Assembly (NCBI GenBank): GCA_035555155.1
Contig: DATMGZ010000019.1
Location: 3,130-67,129, forward strand
Length of the DNA stretch: 64,000 bases
Direction: 5' to 3'
Source of the DNA: Solirubrobacteraceae bacterium
GTDB lineage: Bacteria > Actinomycetota > Thermoleophilia > Solirubrobacterales > Solirubrobacteraceae
How positions within the stretch are numbered: the first letter of the stretch is position 1; each line of letters opens with the position of its first letter. Made by a program: the position numbers and the translations under genes. Below, in pieces: positions 46,109 through 57,592 of the stretch. A model generated the notes under the pieces. The model did not search any database. It worked only from the letters and a program-made list of their open reading frames with translations, and was not told where the DNA came from.

Positions 46109-46435
46109 ATGGCAACCATCGCTCAAAACAAGATCCGCATTCGCCTCAAGTCCTACGACCACACGGCGATCGAGACAGCGGCCAAGGAGATCGTCGAGAC
46201 GGCGACGCGCACCGGCGCGACCGTGTCCGGTCCCGTCCCGCTGCCGACGGAGAAGAACGTCTACTGCGTGATCCGCTCCCCGTTCAAGGACAAGGATTCA
46301 CGCGAGCACTTCGAGATTCGCACGCACAAGCGACTCATCGACATCCATCAGCCGACGCCGAAGACGGTCGACTCGCTCCAGCGACTCGACCACCTCCCGG
46401 CCGGGGTGGATATCGAGATCCGCTTGGCCTCCTAG
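46109..46435 (+). CDS. rpsJ: 30S ribosomal protein S10
   Basis: [34 protein letters not shown]. Confidence 0.98.
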   Translation: MATIAQNKIRIRLKSYDHTAIETAAKEIVETATRTGATVSGPVPLPTEKNVYCVIRSPFKDKDSREHFEIRTHKRLIDIHQPTPKTVDSLQRLDHLPAGVDIEIRLAS

Positions 46436-46444
46436 GAGTCACGG

Positions 46445-47062
46445 ATGCCAGCGATCCTCGCCAAGAAGCTCGGTATGACCCAGCGGTTCCTCGATGACGG
46501 GCGCGTCGAGCGCGTCACCGTGCTCGAGGCCGGCCCGTGCCCGGTGACCGGGATCCGGACCAAGGAGCGCGACGGCTACGAGGCCGTGCAGCTCGCATTC
46601 GGTCAGTGCAAGGAGAAGGTCCTGACCCGGGCTGAGCTCGGTCATCTCAAGAAGGCCGATGCGTCGGCGCATCGCCACCTGGTCGAGTTCCGCGACGAGG
46701 CCGGCGAGCTGCTGGTCGGACAGACCGTGACCGTGGAGGCCTTCGGGCCCGGCCAGAAGGTCAAGATCTCCGGCACGTCCAAGGGCAAGGGCTTCCAGGG
46801 CACGATCAAGCGACACAACTTTGCCAGCGGGCCCAAGTCGCACGGCTCGCACAACGTCCGAGCGCCAGGATCGATCGGCGCCTCCGCGACCCCGTCGCGC
46901 GTGTTCAAGGGCCTGCGCGGCCCCGGCCGCATGGGCGGCGCGCGAATCACGCAGCGCGGGTTGACCGTGGTCGAAGTGATCCCGGCCCAGAACCTGATGC
47001 TCGTCCGCGGGGCCGTGCCCGGCCCCAAGGGCGGCACCGTGGAGGTCCGGACCGATGGCTAG
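46445..47062 (+). CDS. rplC: 50S ribosomal protein L3
   Basis: KKLGMTQ, SKGKGFQGTIKRH, SHGS..RAPGSIG, GAVPGPKG. Confidence 0.98.
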   Translation: MPAILAKKLGMTQRFLDDGRVERVTVLEAGPCPVTGIRTKERDGYEAVQLAFGQCKEKVLTRAELGHLKKADASAHRHLVEFRDEAGELLVGQTVTVEAFGPGQKVKISGTSKGKGFQGTIKRHNFASGPKSHGSHNVRAPGSIGASATPSRVFKGLRGPGRMGGARITQRGLTVVEVIPAQNLMLVRGAVPGPKGGTVEVRTDG

Positions 47063-47681
47063 ATCGGCTCCCAAGCTGGGCGGCGGCAGCATCACGCTCG
47101 ACGCGGCCGCGTTCGAGGCCCGGTTCAACATGCCGCTCGTGCACGAATCCGTGCGCGCCGAGCTGAACGCCCGCCGTCGCGGCACCGCCTCGACGCTCAC
47201 CCGCGGCAAGGTCTCCGGAGGCGGCGCCAAGCCGTGGCGCCAGAAGGGCACCGGGCGCGCCCGCGCCGGGTCCTCGCGCTCGCCGGTCTGGACCGGTGGT
47301 GGCGTGGCCTTCGGCCCGCAACCGCGCGGCTACGTCGTCAAGGTCAACCGCAAGGCGCGCAAGGCGGCGCTGCGCAGCGCGCTCTCCGTCCACGCCGAGC
47401 GCGAGTCGCTGGCCGTGTTCGACGCCGAGACGTTCACCGCACCGTCGACCAAGCAGGCGGCGACGCTGCTCGCCGACTGGGGCGCCCCGTCGCCGACGCT
47501 GGTCGTGCTCTCCGAGGCCGAGGCCGCAGCCGGCAAGTCGTTCCGCAACATCGACCGCCTGACCGTTCTGCCCGCATCCGACGCCGGCGTCGCCGACGTG
47601 ATCGGCGCGGCATCGCTGCTCATCTCCGAGACCGCGCTGGCCGAGCTGACCGCACGCGCGAACAAGGCCGGGACCGAATAA
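47055..47681 (+). CDS. rplD: 50S ribosomal protein L4
   Basis: [26 protein letters not shown]. Confidence 0.98.
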   Translation: MARSAPKLGGGSITLDAAAFEARFNMPLVHESVRAELNARRRGTASTLTRGKVSGGGAKPWRQKGTGRARAGSSRSPVWTGGGVAFGPQPRGYVVKVNRKARKAALRSALSVHAERESLAVFDAETFTAPSTKQAATLLADWGAPSPTLVVLSEAEAAAGKSFRNIDRLTVLPASDAGVADVIGAASLLISETALAELTARANKAGTE

Positions 47682-47977
47682 TGGATCCCAGTCAGGTCAT
47701 CATCCGCCCCGTCGTGTCCGAGAAGACGTTCGTGCTCGCCGAGACCGGCAAGTACACCTTCCGCGTCCACGACCGTGCGCACAAGACCCAGATCCGGCAG
47801 GCGATCGAGGAGCTGTTCGACGTCAAGGTGGTCGAGGTCCGCACGGCGTCCGTGAAGTCCAAGCCCAAGCGCCGCGGCAACATCGCGGGGCGCACGCGCC
47901 GCTGGAAGAAGGCCATCGTCCAGGTTCGCGAGGGCGACTCGATCCCGATCTTCCAGGGCCTGGAGGGCTCCGAGTAA
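47681..47977 (+). CDS. rplW: 50S ribosomal protein L23
   Basis: [33 protein letters not shown]. Confidence 0.97.
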   Translation: MDPSQVIIRPVVSEKTFVLAETGKYTFRVHDRAHKTQIRQAIEELFDVKVVEVRTASVKSKPKRRGNIAGRTRRWKKAIVQVREGDSIPIFQGLEGSE

Positions 47978-48816
47978 TGCCGATCCGCAAGCCCAAGCCG
48001 ACCAGCCCCGGAATGCGATTCGTCACGTATCCGGACTTCGCCGAGATCACGCGCTCCAAGCCCGAGAAGTCGCTCACCGAGGGACTGAAGAAGTCCGGCG
48101 GGCGCAACTCGAACGGACGCAAGACCGCCCGCCACCGCGGCGGCGGGGCCAAGCGGCTCTACCGCACGATCGACTTCAAGCGGCTCAAGGACGGCGTGCC
48201 CGCCAAGGTGGCGCAGATCGAGTACGACCCCAACCGCTCGGCGTACATCGCGCTGCTCCACTATGCCGACGGCGAGAAGCGCTACATCCTCGCGCCGGCC
48301 CGTCTGCGCGTGGGGGCCACGGTCGAATCGGGTCCCGGCGCCGACATCCGCATCGGCAACAGCCTCCCGCTCGCGAACATGCCGGCCGGTACGGTGATCC
48401 ACAACGTGGAGCTGACTCCGGGTCGCGGCGGCCAGCTCGCCCGCTCCGCCGGCGCCAGCATCCAGCTCCTGGCCAAGGAGGGCGACTACGTCACGCTCCG
48501 GCTGCCCTCGGGTGAGATGCGGATGGTCCGCGCCGAGTGCCGCGCGACGGTCGGGACGATCGGCAACGCCGAGCACCAGAACGTGAAGATCGGGAAGGCA
48601 GGGCGCAAGCGCCACATGGGCGTTCGCCCGCAGACGCGCGGCACCGCGATGAACCCGGTCGACCACCCGCACGGCGGCGGCGAGGGTTCAACCACAGCGG
48701 GACGTCACCCGGTCACGCCTTGGGGTGTCCCCACGCTCGGCTACCGCACGCGGAAGAAGGGCAAGCAGTCAGACCAATACATCGTGCGCGGGCGGAGAAG
48801 AGGTAAGAAGCGATGA
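47977..48816 (+). CDS. rplB: 50S ribosomal protein L2
   Basis: [26 protein letters not shown]. Confidence 0.99.
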   Translation: MPIRKPKPTSPGMRFVTYPDFAEITRSKPEKSLTEGLKKSGGRNSNGRKTARHRGGGAKRLYRTIDFKRLKDGVPAKVAQIEYDPNRSAYIALLHYADGEKRYILAPARLRVGATVESGPGADIRIGNSLPLANMPAGTVIHNVELTPGRGGQLARSAGASIQLLAKEGDYVTLRLPSGEMRMVRAECRATVGTIGNAEHQNVKIGKAGRKRHMGVRPQTRGTAMNPVDHPHGGGEGSTTAGRHPVTPWGVPTLGYRTRKKGKQSDQYIVRGRRRGKKR

Positions 48817-49085
48817 GTCGATCGAGCAAGAAGGGACCGTGGGTCGAGGAGCGGCTGATGACGCGCGTCGAGGCGATGAACTCCTCGGGCGAGAAGCGCA
48901 TGATCAAGACCTGGTCGCGCACCTCGACGATCTTCCCGGAGATGGTCGGGCACACGATCGCCGTCCACGACGGCCGCAAGCACGTGCCCGTGTTCATCTC
49001 GGAGTCGATGGTCGGCCACAAGCTCGGTGAGTTCGCGCCGACGCGTCTGTATCGCGGACACGCTGCGACGGGTAAGAGACGATGA
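48813..49085 (+). CDS. rpsS: 30S ribosomal protein S19
   Basis: [32 protein letters not shown]. Confidence 0.98.
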   Translation: MSRSSKKGPWVEERLMTRVEAMNSSGEKRMIKTWSRTSTIFPEMVGHTIAVHDGRKHVPVFISESMVGHKLGEFAPTRLYRGHAATGKRR

Positions 49086-49801
49086 CGCCCGATATCGAGA
49101 CCCCTTCAGACTCGGAGGACGCGCCGAAGAAGCGGCGGGTTGGTCGGCGGGGCAAGAGCACGGCATCCGAGGGCGCATCTGCGCCGGAGGCCGGCTCGAG
49201 GGCCTCCGACGCAGACGCGACCTCGGATGCTGAGGTCGCCGACGACGAGAGCGAGGACGTGGCGGCTGCCTCTGAGGACGTCGACGCCCAGGCTGAGGAG
49301 AAGCTCGAGCCTGACACCGCCGATGAGGCTCCTGAGAAGCCGAAGCGTGGGCGGCGGGCAGCGAAGCCTGCGGCCGAGAAGACTCCGAGTGCGCCGGCGA
49401 AGCCCGCTGCGCCCAAGCCGGCGCCTTCGCGGCGGCGGGTGGCGCGTGAGCCCGGGGCGCCGATCCCGGTCGTCCGGGCCCAGGCCAAGTACGTCCGCTC
49501 GTCGCCGCGCAAGGCGCGATTGGTGTGCGACCACATCCGCGGAAAGACGGTTGAGGAGGCGCGAGCTATCCTGGCCCATACGCCGCGTGCCGTCGCGCGC
49601 GATTGGAGCAAGTTGCTCGAATCCGCGGTGGCCAACGCGGAGCACAATCACGAGCTCGTCGGCGAGGACCTGTACGTGAAGTCCATCCATGCCGACGATG
49701 GACCGACGATCAAGCGCTTCCGGCCGCGCGCGATGGGGCGCGCGACGAAGATCCGCAAGCGAACCAGCCATTTGACGATCTTGCTCACGCCGAAGGAATA
49801 A
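49082..49801 (+). CDS. rplV: 50S ribosomal protein L22 with about 130-aa N-terminal extension
   Basis: Core [14 protein letters not shown]...[21 protein letters not shown]; the ATG overlaps the rpsS stop (ATGA), supporting the long form. Confidence 0.95.
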   Translation: MTPDIETPSDSEDAPKKRRVGRRGKSTASEGASAPEAGSRASDADATSDAEVADDESEDVAAASEDVDAQAEEKLEPDTADEAPEKPKRGRRAAKPAAEKTPSAPAKPAAPKPAPSRRRVAREPGAPIPVVRAQAKYVRSSPRKARLVCDHIRGKTVEEARAILAHTPRAVARDWSKLLESAVANAEHNHELVGEDLYVKSIHADDGPTIKRFRPRAMGRATKIRKRTSHLTILLTPKE

Positions 49802-49803
49802 CC

Positions 49804-50796
49804 ATGGGTCAGAAAGTTCATCCTGAAGGTCTGCGCGTGGGCTACATCCACGACTGGAAGTCGAACTGGTTCAACGAACGGAACTTCTCCGACTTCCTGC
49901 ACGAGGACACGCTGATCCGAAACCACATCATCGGCCGCCTGTCGCACGCCGGTCTGTCGGACATCACGATCCGCAAGAACGCCACCGAGGTGGAGGTCAA
50001 CATCAACACGGCGCGGCCCGGCATCGTGATCGGCAAGTCGGGGTCGGAGGTCGACCAGCTGCGGCGCGACCTGCACCGGATCACGAACAAGCAGGTCAAG
50101 GTCAACATCCTCGAGATCAAGCGCCCCGAGCTCGATGCGCGCCTCGTCGCGCAGTCGATCGCCGAGCAGCTGCAGAATCGCGTCGCCTTCCGTCGCGCCA
50201 TGAAGCGCGCGCTCACGAGCGCGATCCGGTCCGGCGCCAAGGGCGTCAAGGTCCAGGTCTCAGGGCGACTCGGCGGGGCGGAGATGGCCCGCACCGAGGG
50301 CTACTCAGACGGCCGCGTCCCGCTGCAGACGCTGCGCGCTGACATCGACTACGGCTTCCACGAGGCGCGGACGACCTTCGGTCGGATCGGCGTCAAGTGC
50401 TGGATCAACAAGGGCGAGATCATGCCCGAGGGCTACACCGGCGCCGATCTGACGATCATGGACGAGCCGGCCCCGCAGGCACCTGAGCGTGGCGGCCGCG
50501 ACGGACGCAACCGCGACGGTCGCGGCGGTCGCGGTGGCGGTGGCGGTGGCGGTCGTGGCGGCGGACCGGGTGGTCGCGGTGGCGGCCCCGGCGGTCGTGG
50601 CGGCGGACCCGGTGGTCCCGGCGGTCCCGGCGGTCGCGGTGGCGGCGGTCGCGGCGGCGGACCCGGTGGTCCCGGCGGTCGCGGCGGCGGCTCCAGTGGC
50701 GGCGGTGGCGGCGGTCGTGGTGGCGGCGGCGGTCGCAGCGGCGGCTCCGGCGGCCGTGGCGGCTCGAGTGGCCCCGCAGGAGGGATCACCCGCTGA
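49804..50796 (+). CDS. rpsC: 30S ribosomal protein S3 with Gly/Arg-rich C-terminal tail
   Basis: [38 protein letters not shown]; (GGRGGGP)n tail. Confidence 0.98.
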   Translation: MGQKVHPEGLRVGYIHDWKSNWFNERNFSDFLHEDTLIRNHIIGRLSHAGLSDITIRKNATEVEVNINTARPGIVIGKSGSEVDQLRRDLHRITNKQVKVNILEIKRPELDARLVAQSIAEQLQNRVAFRRAMKRALTSAIRSGAKGVKVQVSGRLGGAEMARTEGYSDGRVPLQTLRADIDYGFHEARTTFGRIGVKCWINKGEIMPEGYTGADLTIMDEPAPQAPERGGRDGRNRDGRGGRGGGGGGGRGGGPGGRGGGPGGRGGGPGGPGGPGGRGGGGRGGGPGGPGGRGGGSSGGGGGGRGGGGGRSGGSGGRGGSSGPAGGITR

Positions 50797-51209
50797 TGCT
50801 TTCCCCCAAGCGCGTCAAGCACCGCAAGCAACACCGTGGACGCCGCGCGGGCCTGTCCCGCGGTCAGGTGAAGGTCCAGTTCGGCGAGTACGGGCTCAAG
50901 GCCCTCGATGCCGGCTGGCTCACCAACCGCCAGATCGAGGCCGCTCGTATCGCCATGACCCGCAAGATCAAGCGCGGCGGCAAGGTGTGGATCAACGTGT
51001 ACCCGGACAAGCCGTTCACCAAGAAGCCGGCCGAGACCCGGATGGGCTCCGGCAAGGGCTCACCCGAGGGCTGGGTGGCGGTGGTCAAGCCGGGCCGCGT
51101 CATGTTCGAGCTGGCCGGGGTTCCCGAGCCGCTCGCCCGTGAGGCGATGCGACTGGCCGGCCACAAGCTGCCGGTTCGCACCAAGTTCGTGATGCGGGAA
51201 GAGGGCTGA
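50796..51209 (+). CDS. rplP: 50S ribosomal protein L16
   Basis: [20 protein letters not shown]. Confidence 0.98.
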   Translation: MLSPKRVKHRKQHRGRRAGLSRGQVKVQFGEYGLKALDAGWLTNRQIEAARIAMTRKIKRGGKVWINVYPDKPFTKKPAETRMGSGKGSPEGWVAVVKPGRVMFELAGVPEPLAREAMRLAGHKLPVRTKFVMREEG

Positions 51210-51213
51210 CGCG

Positions 51214-51438
51214 ATGAAGGCCACAGAGTTGCGTGACCTGAGCGACGCCGAGCTGCTCGATCACATCCGTACCGCACGCCGCGAGTTGTTCGGGCTGCGC
51301 TTCCAGCACGCCACCGGCGAGCTCGACAACACCGCGGTCCTGGCGGCCGCCAAGCGCGACATCGCCCGTGCGCTGACCATCGCCGGGCAGCGCGGCATCG
51401 ACATCAAGCACCGACACCCATCCGAGATCAATGGCTGA
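51214..51438 (+). CDS. rpmC: 50S ribosomal protein L29
   Basis: [28 protein letters not shown]. Confidence 0.97.
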   Translation: MKATELRDLSDAELLDHIRTARRELFGLRFQHATGELDNTAVLAAAKRDIARALTIAGQRGIDIKHRHPSEING

Positions 51439-52000
51439 TACAGAGAACCCCGAAGAGACCGAAGCCGCGGCGCCCGCAGAGGCCGCACCCGAGGCCGCGA
51501 CGCCCGAGCCGCAGGCTCCCTCGGAGCCCGTCGAAGTTCTGGCCCCCAAGGAGCGCCGGCAGCGAGCCCGCGCCGCGAAGGCCGCGAAGGCCCCTGCCCG
51601 CACGCCGCGCACCGCGGAGGAGCGGCGCGAGGAACGGGCGACCGAGCGCACCCGTCAGGCCGCGTCCCGGCGCACGGGGCGTGAGCGTGCGCGCGCCAAG
51701 GCACGGGCCCAGGAGCATTCCTCGGAGGCGACCCCGCCCCGCGAGCACGCTCCCGGCCGGCAGAAGTCGCGCCAGGGCATCGTCACCTCCGACCGGGCCG
51801 ACAAGACGATCACGGTCAGGATCGACCTTGCCCGTCGCCATCGTCGCTACGAGAAGATCGTGCGCACCTCGACGACGCTGCACGTCCACGACGAGGCCAA
51901 CGACGCCCACATCGGCGACACCGTCGTGGTGCGCGAATGCCGGCCCCTCTCGAGGACCAAGCGCTGGCGTCTGGTCGAAGTGCTGGAGCGTGCGAAGTGA
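51431..52000 (+). CDS. rpsQ: 30S ribosomal protein S17 with about 108-aa N-terminal extension
   Basis: Core [14 protein letters not shown]...HRRYEKIVR...HDE...GDTV...[10 protein letters not shown]; the start overlaps rpmC. Confidence 0.95.
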   Translation: MADTENPEETEAAAPAEAAPEAATPEPQAPSEPVEVLAPKERRQRARAAKAAKAPARTPRTAEERREERATERTRQAASRRTGRERARAKARAQEHSSEATPPREHAPGRQKSRQGIVTSDRADKTITVRIDLARRHRRYEKIVRTSTTLHVHDEANDAHIGDTVVVRECRPLSRTKRWRLVEVLERAK

Positions 52001-52365
52001 TCCAGAACGAGACACGCCTGCGCGTGGCCGACAACACGGGCGCGCGCGAGATTCTCGTGATCCGCGTCCGCGGAGGCTCGCGACGCCGCTATGCGGGCGT
52101 CGGCGACGTGATCGTGGCCACCGTCAAGCAGGCGAGTCCTCAGGGCTCGGTCAAGAAGGGCGAGGTCGTGACCGCGGTCGTCGTGCGCACGAAGAAGTCC
52201 TATGGCCGCGACGACGGGACCTACATCGCGTTCGACGAGAACGCCGCCGTGCTGATCGACGCCGCCAACAACCCGCGTGGAACCCGCATCTTTGGCCCGG
52301 TGGCGCGCGAGCTGCGTGAGCGGAACTTCATGAAGATCGTCTCTCTCGCCCCCGAGGTGCTGTAG
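51997..52365 (+). CDS. rplN: 50S ribosomal protein L14
   Basis: [42 protein letters not shown]. Confidence 0.98.
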   Translation: MIQNETRLRVADNTGAREILVIRVRGGSRRRYAGVGDVIVATVKQASPQGSVKKGEVVTAVVVRTKKSYGRDDGTYIAFDENAAVLIDAANNPRGTRIFGPVARELRERNFMKIVSLAPEVL

Positions 52366-52367
52366 CC

Positions 52368-52691
52368 ATGCCGGCACGAATCAAGACCGACGACGACGTG
52401 ATCGTGATCGGCGGCAAGGACCGCGGCAAGCGCGGCAAGGTGCTGCGCGTGGATCCGAAGAAGGACCGCGTCTACGTCGAGGGACTGAACATCGTCAAGC
52501 GCCACCAGCGTCCGCGCCAGGGAATGACGGGCGAGCAGGGCGGCGGCGTGATCGAGAAGGAAGGCCCGATCCACACCTCCAACGTGGCGCTCGCCGATCC
52601 CAAGGACGGCAAGCCGACCCGGATCGGGATCGAGATCCACGAGGGCAAGCGCTACCGCGTGGCCAAGCGCAGCGGAACCAGGATCGACTGA
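52368..52691 (+). CDS. rplX: 50S ribosomal protein L24
   Basis: KOW motif [36 protein letters not shown]. Confidence 0.98.
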   Translation: MPARIKTDDDVIVIGGKDRGKRGKVLRVDPKKDRVYVEGLNIVKRHQRPRQGMTGEQGGGVIEKEGPIHTSNVALADPKDGKPTRIGIEIHEGKRYRVAKRSGTRID

Positions 52692-52693
52692 GC

Positions 52694-53269
52694 ATGCCGG
52701 CACGACTGAAGACCCGTTACAACGACGAGATCCGTCCGGCGCTGATCGAGCGCTTCGGCTACACGACCCCGATGCGGGCACCGCGGATCACCAAGATCAC
52801 GGTCAACATGGGCGTCGGGGACGCCAAGCAGGACTCCAAGGTGCTCGACGCCGCGAGCGAGCAGCTCGCGACGATCACCGGGCAGAAGCCCAACGTCCGT
52901 CGCGCCCGCAAGTCGATCGCCCAGTTCAAGGTCCGCGAGGGGATGCCCGTCGGGCTCGCCGTGACCCTGCGCGGCGATCGTCAGTACGAGTTCCTCGACC
53001 GCATGCTGTCGATCGCGATCCCGCGGATCCGCGACTTCCGCGGGCTGAACCCGCGCGCCTTCGACGGCCGCGGCAACTACTCGCTGGGCGTGCGCGAGCA
53101 GATCATCTTCCCCGAGGTCGACTACGACGAGATCGACCAGGTCCGCGGCCTGGACATCACGATCACGACCACGGCAGCCAGCGACGATGAGTCGTTCGCG
53201 CTGCTCGAGGCGCTCGGCATGCCGTTCGCGAAGGAAGGCCGCCCGCAGGCGGCCACGACACCAGCTTAG
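52694..53269 (+). CDS. rplE: 50S ribosomal protein L5
   Basis: [32 protein letters not shown]. Confidence 0.98.
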   Translation: MPARLKTRYNDEIRPALIERFGYTTPMRAPRITKITVNMGVGDAKQDSKVLDAASEQLATITGQKPNVRRARKSIAQFKVREGMPVGLAVTLRGDRQYEFLDRMLSIAIPRIRDFRGLNPRAFDGRGNYSLGVREQIIFPEVDYDEIDQVRGLDITITTTAASDDESFALLEALGMPFAKEGRPQAATTPA

Positions 53270-53283
53270 GAATCTAGGAGCAC

Positions 53284-53469
53284 ATGGCAAAGACCTCACA
53301 GCGCGTTCGCCAGCAGCGGACGCCCAAGTACAAGACCAGGGGCTACACCCGTTGCCGCCGTTGCGGCCGCGCCAGGGCCGTGTACCGCAAGTTCGGCGTC
53401 TGCCGGATCTGCCTGCGCGAGCTCGCGCACAACGGATACGTCCCCGGGATGACGAAGTCGAGCTGGTAA
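53284..53469 (+). CDS. rpsZ: 30S ribosomal protein S14 type Z (Zn-binding)
   Basis: RCRRCGR...CRICLRE, KSSW; 61 aa. Confidence 0.97.
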   Translation: MAKTSQRVRQQRTPKYKTRGYTRCRRCGRARAVYRKFGVCRICLRELAHNGYVPGMTKSSW

Positions 53470-53475
53470 CCGACC

Positions 53476-53883
53476 ATGTCGATGACCGATCCCATCGCCG
53501 ACTTCCTGACCCGCCTGCGCAACGCCGCCAAGGCGCAGCATCAGGACGTCACGATTCCCTCATCGAAGCTCAAGCGCGAGCTCGCCCGGATCCTCAAGGA
53601 GCAGGGCTACATCGAGGGCTTCGAGCTCCAGCCGCCGAGCTCCGATCATCCCGGCGAGCGGATCACGGTGACGCTGAAGTACACCGAGGACCGCAAGCCG
53701 GTGATCTCGGGCATGCAGCGCGTCTCCCGCCCCGGCCAGCGCACCTACGTCGACCACGCCCACATCCCCCGCATCCAGGGCGGCATGGGCACCGCGATCA
53801 TCTCGACCTCCAAGGGAGTCATGACCGGCCACGATGCCCGTATGCAGGGCGTCGGCGGCGAGGTCGTGGCGAAGGTCTGGTAG
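53476..53883 (+). CDS. rpsH: 30S ribosomal protein S8
   Basis: [34 protein letters not shown]. Confidence 0.98.
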   Translation: MSMTDPIADFLTRLRNAAKAQHQDVTIPSSKLKRELARILKEQGYIEGFELQPPSSDHPGERITVTLKYTEDRKPVISGMQRVSRPGQRTYVDHAHIPRIQGGMGTAIISTSKGVMTGHDARMQGVGGEVVAKVW

Positions 53884-53898
53884 ACACTCAGCGACGCC

Positions 53899-54432
53899 AT
53901 GTCCCGAATTGGAAGACAGCCCATCCCCGTGCCCGCCGGCGTCTCGATCGCGATCGAGCCCGAGCGTGTGACCGTCAACGGCCCCAAGGGCGAGCTGACT
54001 GAGCGGATCCACCGCGACATCACCGTCGAGCAGGTCGGTGACGAGCTGAAGGTCACGCGCCCGACCGATCGCGGGGAGCACCGCGCGCTGCACGGCCTCA
54101 CCCGCACCCTGGTGGCCAACATGGTCACCGGCGTCACGGCCGGGTTCGAGAAGCGCCTCGAGATCCAGGGCGTCGGCTACCGCGCCCAGCTGCGCGGCCG
54201 CGACCTGGAGCTGGCCCTCGGCTACTCCCACTCGGTGCCCGTCAAGGCGCCCGACGGGATCGAGTTCGAGGTGCCGATGCCGACCAGGATCGTCGTCAGG
54301 GGCGCGTCCAAGCAGCAGGTCGGAGAGATCGCCGCCTACATCCGCAAGCAGCGCAAGCCGGAGCCCTACAAGGGCAAGGGCATCCGCTACGAGGGCGAGT
54401 ACGTCGCCCGGAAGGTTGGTAAGCGCGCATGA
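53899..54432 (+). CDS. rplF: 50S ribosomal protein L6
   Basis: [26 protein letters not shown]. Confidence 0.98.
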   Translation: MSRIGRQPIPVPAGVSIAIEPERVTVNGPKGELTERIHRDITVEQVGDELKVTRPTDRGEHRALHGLTRTLVANMVTGVTAGFEKRLEIQGVGYRAQLRGRDLELALGYSHSVPVKAPDGIEFEVPMPTRIVVRGASKQQVGEIAAYIRKQRKPEPYKGKGIRYEGEYVARKVGKRA

Positions 54433-54782
54433 CCGTCATGACAGCTCCTGCGCGGAGGCTCAAGCGCCGCCGGCGCGTGCGCGCGAAGGTCCAGGGCACC
54501 GCCGAGCGTCCCCGGATCTCCGTCTTCCGCTCCAACCGCGGCATCTTCGCGCAGCTGATCGACGACGACGCCGGCCGCACGATCGCGGCGGTCAACTGGA
54601 CCGAGCCGACCCTGCGCGACCTGGCCCCGATGGACCAGGCCCGCCGCGCCGGTGCACTGCTGGCCGAGCGCGCCCTCACCGCCGGCATCGACAGTGCCGT
54701 GTTCGACCGGGGCGGCTACCGCTACCACGGGCGCGTGCAAGCGCTCGCCGAGGGCGCCCGCGAGGGCGGCCTGGGCTTCTGA
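54429..54782 (+). CDS. rplR: 50S ribosomal protein L18
   Basis: [33 protein letters not shown]. Confidence 0.98.
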   Translation: MTVMTAPARRLKRRRRVRAKVQGTAERPRISVFRSNRGIFAQLIDDDAGRTIAAVNWTEPTLRDLAPMDQARRAGALLAERALTAGIDSAVFDRGGYRYHGRVQALAEGAREGGLGF

Positions 54783-54808
54783 CAACTCGCTACTCTGGAT
54801 CAACCCAC

Positions 54809-55450
54809 ATGGCCCGTGATCGAACAGTCTCATCCAGCGGACTCGACCTGCAAGAGCGCGTCGTCGAGATCAACCGCGTCGCCAAGGTCGTCAAGGGCGG
54901 CCGTCGGTTCTCGTTCACCGCGCTGGTGGTCGTGGGCGACGAGCGCGATATCGTCGGCGTCGGCTACGGCAAGGCCAACGAGGTTCCGGTGGCGATCCAG
55001 AAGGGTGTCGAGCGCGCGAAGAAGAACCTCTACCGCGTGCCCAAGCACGGCTCCACGATCACCCATCAGACGACCGGCATCTTCGGCGCCGGCCGCGTGT
55101 TCCTGAAGCCGGCCTCGCCCGGAACCGGCGTGATCGCCGGCGGCGGCGTCCGCGCGGTCCTCGAGCTGGCCGGTATCACCGACATCCTGTCCAAGAGCCT
55201 CGGCTCGCAGAACCCGATCAACCTCGTCAAGGCGACGATGGCCGGACTCGAGTCGCTGCGCACGCCGGAGGAGGTCGCCGAGCTGCGCGGGCTCTCGATC
55301 AACCAGGTGCTCGGGCTGAGCACCCAGAACGGTGACGGAGCTGCGTCGCCCTCCGCCTCCGAAGCGGCCGCACCGGTCGCCGAGGCCGGCGCGGACGCCG
55401 CGGACGCGGCCCCCGTCGCCACGCCCGAGCCCGACCAGACGCCGGCATGA
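54809..55450 (+). CDS. rpsE: 30S ribosomal protein S5 with Ala-rich C-terminal tail
   Basis: [34 protein letters not shown]. Confidence 0.97.
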   Translation: MARDRTVSSSGLDLQERVVEINRVAKVVKGGRRFSFTALVVVGDERDIVGVGYGKANEVPVAIQKGVERAKKNLYRVPKHGSTITHQTTGIFGAGRVFLKPASPGTGVIAGGGVRAVLELAGITDILSKSLGSQNPINLVKATMAGLESLRTPEEVAELRGLSINQVLGLSTQNGDGAASPSASEAAAPVAEAGADAADAAPVATPEPDQTPA

Positions 55451-55626
55451 GCACCGTGCGGGTCACCCAGCGCAAGTCCCGCAACGGCTGCGACAAGCGC
55501 CAGCTCGACACGCTGCGCTCGCTCGGCCTGCGGCGGATCGGCCAGTCGGTCGAGGTCGAGGACTCGCCCCAGATCCTCGGCATGATCCACAAGGTGCGTC
55601 ATCTCGTCGAAGTGGAGAAGCCATGA
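55447..55626 (+). CDS. rpmD: 50S ribosomal protein L30
   Basis: Manual translation [59 protein letters not shown]. Confidence 0.96.
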   Translation: MSTVRVTQRKSRNGCDKRQLDTLRSLGLRRIGQSVEVEDSPQILGMIHKVRHLVEVEKP

Positions 55627-56126
55627 GCGAGCCGACCGAAGAGCAACCGCCGATCGGCCTGCACAACCTGAAGCCGGCGCCGGGCTCGCGTCGTCCGCGC
55701 AAGCGCGTCGGACGCGGCGAGGGCTCAGGCACGGGCAAGACCTCCGGTCGCGGCCAGAAGGGCTACGGCTCCCGCTCGGGCGCCAAGGACCGCGCCCGCT
55801 TCGAGGGCGGTCAGAACCCGATTCACATGCGGATGCGCAAGCTGCGCGGCCCGCACATGAAGAAGTCGATGGCGTTCGAGCCCTTCCGCACGCACACCCA
55901 GCCGGTCAACCTGCTCGATCTCGAGGCGCGCTTCGCGTCCGGCGACTCGGTCACGATCGAGACGCTGCACGCCAAGGGCCTCGCGACCCGGAAGGGCATT
56001 CCCGTCAAGGTGCTCGCCAAGGGCGAGCTGACCAAGCCGCTGACCGTCCACGCCCACGGCTTCAGCACGGCCGCGCGCGAGCAGATCGAGGCCGCGGGCG
56101 GCACCTGCCAAGTGATCGAGACGTGA
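55623..56126 (+). CDS. rplO: 50S ribosomal protein L15
   Basis: [34 protein letters not shown]. Confidence 0.97.
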   Translation: MSEPTEEQPPIGLHNLKPAPGSRRPRKRVGRGEGSGTGKTSGRGQKGYGSRSGAKDRARFEGGQNPIHMRMRKLRGPHMKKSMAFEPFRTHTQPVNLLDLEARFASGDSVTIETLHAKGLATRKGIPVKVLAKGELTKPLTVHAHGFSTAAREQIEAAGGTCQVIET

Positions 56127-56214
56127 GCGCCTTGCGCGAACGGTTAAGCGAGCCGGAGGCGCAGCGACAATGTCGGAACGCGGGGCCGGAAGCCCCGCGG
56201 AGGATTCTCAGTAA

Positions 56215-57495
56215 ATGATTGCCACGATCGCTGGTGCGTTCAGGGTCAAGGAGATCCGCACCAAGATCCTGTTCACGGCCGTCGTCCTCGCGCTCTACCG
56301 GCTCGGGACCCACATCCCCGCGCCGGGCATCAACGCCTCCGCGGTCAACGCGATCCAAAAGAACTTCGGCGGCAACAGCGTCCTGGGGCTGCTGAACCTG
56401 TTCTCGGGCGGCGGGCTGGGCCGGATCGCGATCTTCGCGCTCGGGATCATGCCGTACATCACGGCCTCGATCATCCTGCAGCTGCTGACGGTCGTGATCC
56501 CGTCGCTGGAGAAGCTGCAGAAGGAGGGCGAGGTCGGACAGGCGCGGATCACGCAGTACACGCGCTACCTCACGGTCGGGCTCGCGTTCGCGCAGTCGAT
56601 CGGCTACGTGTTCCTGTTCCGCAGCTTCGAGAAGTCGGCCGGCGTGGACGTGGTCGCCAACTTCACGCTGGCCAAGGTGTTCCTGATCGTGATCTCGCTC
56701 ACCGCGGGCACGGTACTGCTGATGTGGATGGGCGAGCTGATCACCCAGCGCGGGATCGGCAACGGCATCTCGCTGCTGATCTTCGCCAGCATCGTCTCGC
56801 GGATCCCGAGCGGGATCCAGTCCTGGTGGAACAACCCCGACCAGGTCTTCCGCGTGATCATGCCGTTCATCGTGGTCGGCGTCGTGGCAGCGATCGTGTT
56901 CGTGCAGGAGGGCCAGCGGCGGATCCCGATCCAGTACGCCAAGCGCGTGATCGGCCGGCGGATGACGCAGGGGGGGCAGACCTACCTGCCGCTGCGCGTG
57001 AACATGGCCGGCGTGATTCCCGTCATCTTCGCCGCCAGCATCATGGCGATCCCGCCCACGCTCGGACAGCTGTTGGGCCAGAATCGCAACAACTTCGCCA
57101 CCTCGGTGGCCAACTTCTTCGCCCCGCAGAGCTGGCACTACGTGCTCGGGGAGACGATCTTCATCATCCTGTTCACGTACTTCTACACCGCGGTCACGTT
57201 CAACCCGGTCGATCAGGCCGAGAACCTGAAGAAGTACGGGGGCTTCATCCCCGGGGTGCGACCAGGGCGGCCCACGGCCGAGTTCCTCGACCGCATCCTG
57301 GCTCGGCTGACCTTCCCGGGAGCTCTGTTCCTGGCCGCGGTCGCGGCCCTGCCGACGATCCTGATCAACCAGACGAGCGCCAACTTCTTCTTCGGCGGCA
57401 CCTCGATCCTGATCGTGATCGGAGTCGCGCTGGACACGATGAAACAGCTCGAGGCGCAGCTGATGATGCGCAACTACGAGGGCTTCCTGAAGTGA
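56215..57495 (+). CDS. secY: Preprotein translocase subunit SecY
   Basis: IFALGIMPYITASII, GIGNGISLLIFA, PLRVNMAGVIPVIFA, GFIPGVRPG, GGTSILI. Confidence 0.99.
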   Translation: MIATIAGAFRVKEIRTKILFTAVVLALYRLGTHIPAPGINASAVNAIQKNFGGNSVLGLLNLFSGGGLGRIAIFALGIMPYITASIILQLLTVVIPSLEKLQKEGEVGQARITQYTRYLTVGLAFAQSIGYVFLFRSFEKSAGVDVVANFTLAKVFLIVISLTAGTVLLMWMGELITQRGIGNGISLLIFASIVSRIPSGIQSWWNNPDQVFRVIMPFIVVGVVAAIVFVQEGQRRIPIQYAKRVIGRRMTQGGQTYLPLRVNMAGVIPVIFAASIMAIPPTLGQLLGQNRNNFATSVANFFAPQSWHYVLGETIFIILFTYFYTAVTFNPVDQAENLKKYGGFIPGVRPGRPTAEFLDRILARLTFPGALFLAAVAALPTILINQTSANFFFGGTSILIVIGVALDTMKQLEAQLMMRNYEGFLK

Positions 57496-57592
57496 GGTGG
57501 CGGCCGCGCGCCGGCCGCCACGGACCCTGCGAGTCGGTGTCCTCGGACCCCGATCGGCAGCCCACCGACAGAGTGACTAAGCTCCGCCTTTC

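Noticed and set aside
56179-56203. Hairpin touching the secY Shine-Dalgarno sequence
   Set aside because: The 8-bp stem overlaps only the first base of GGAGG; too weak to call a regulatory switch in 70% GC DNA.
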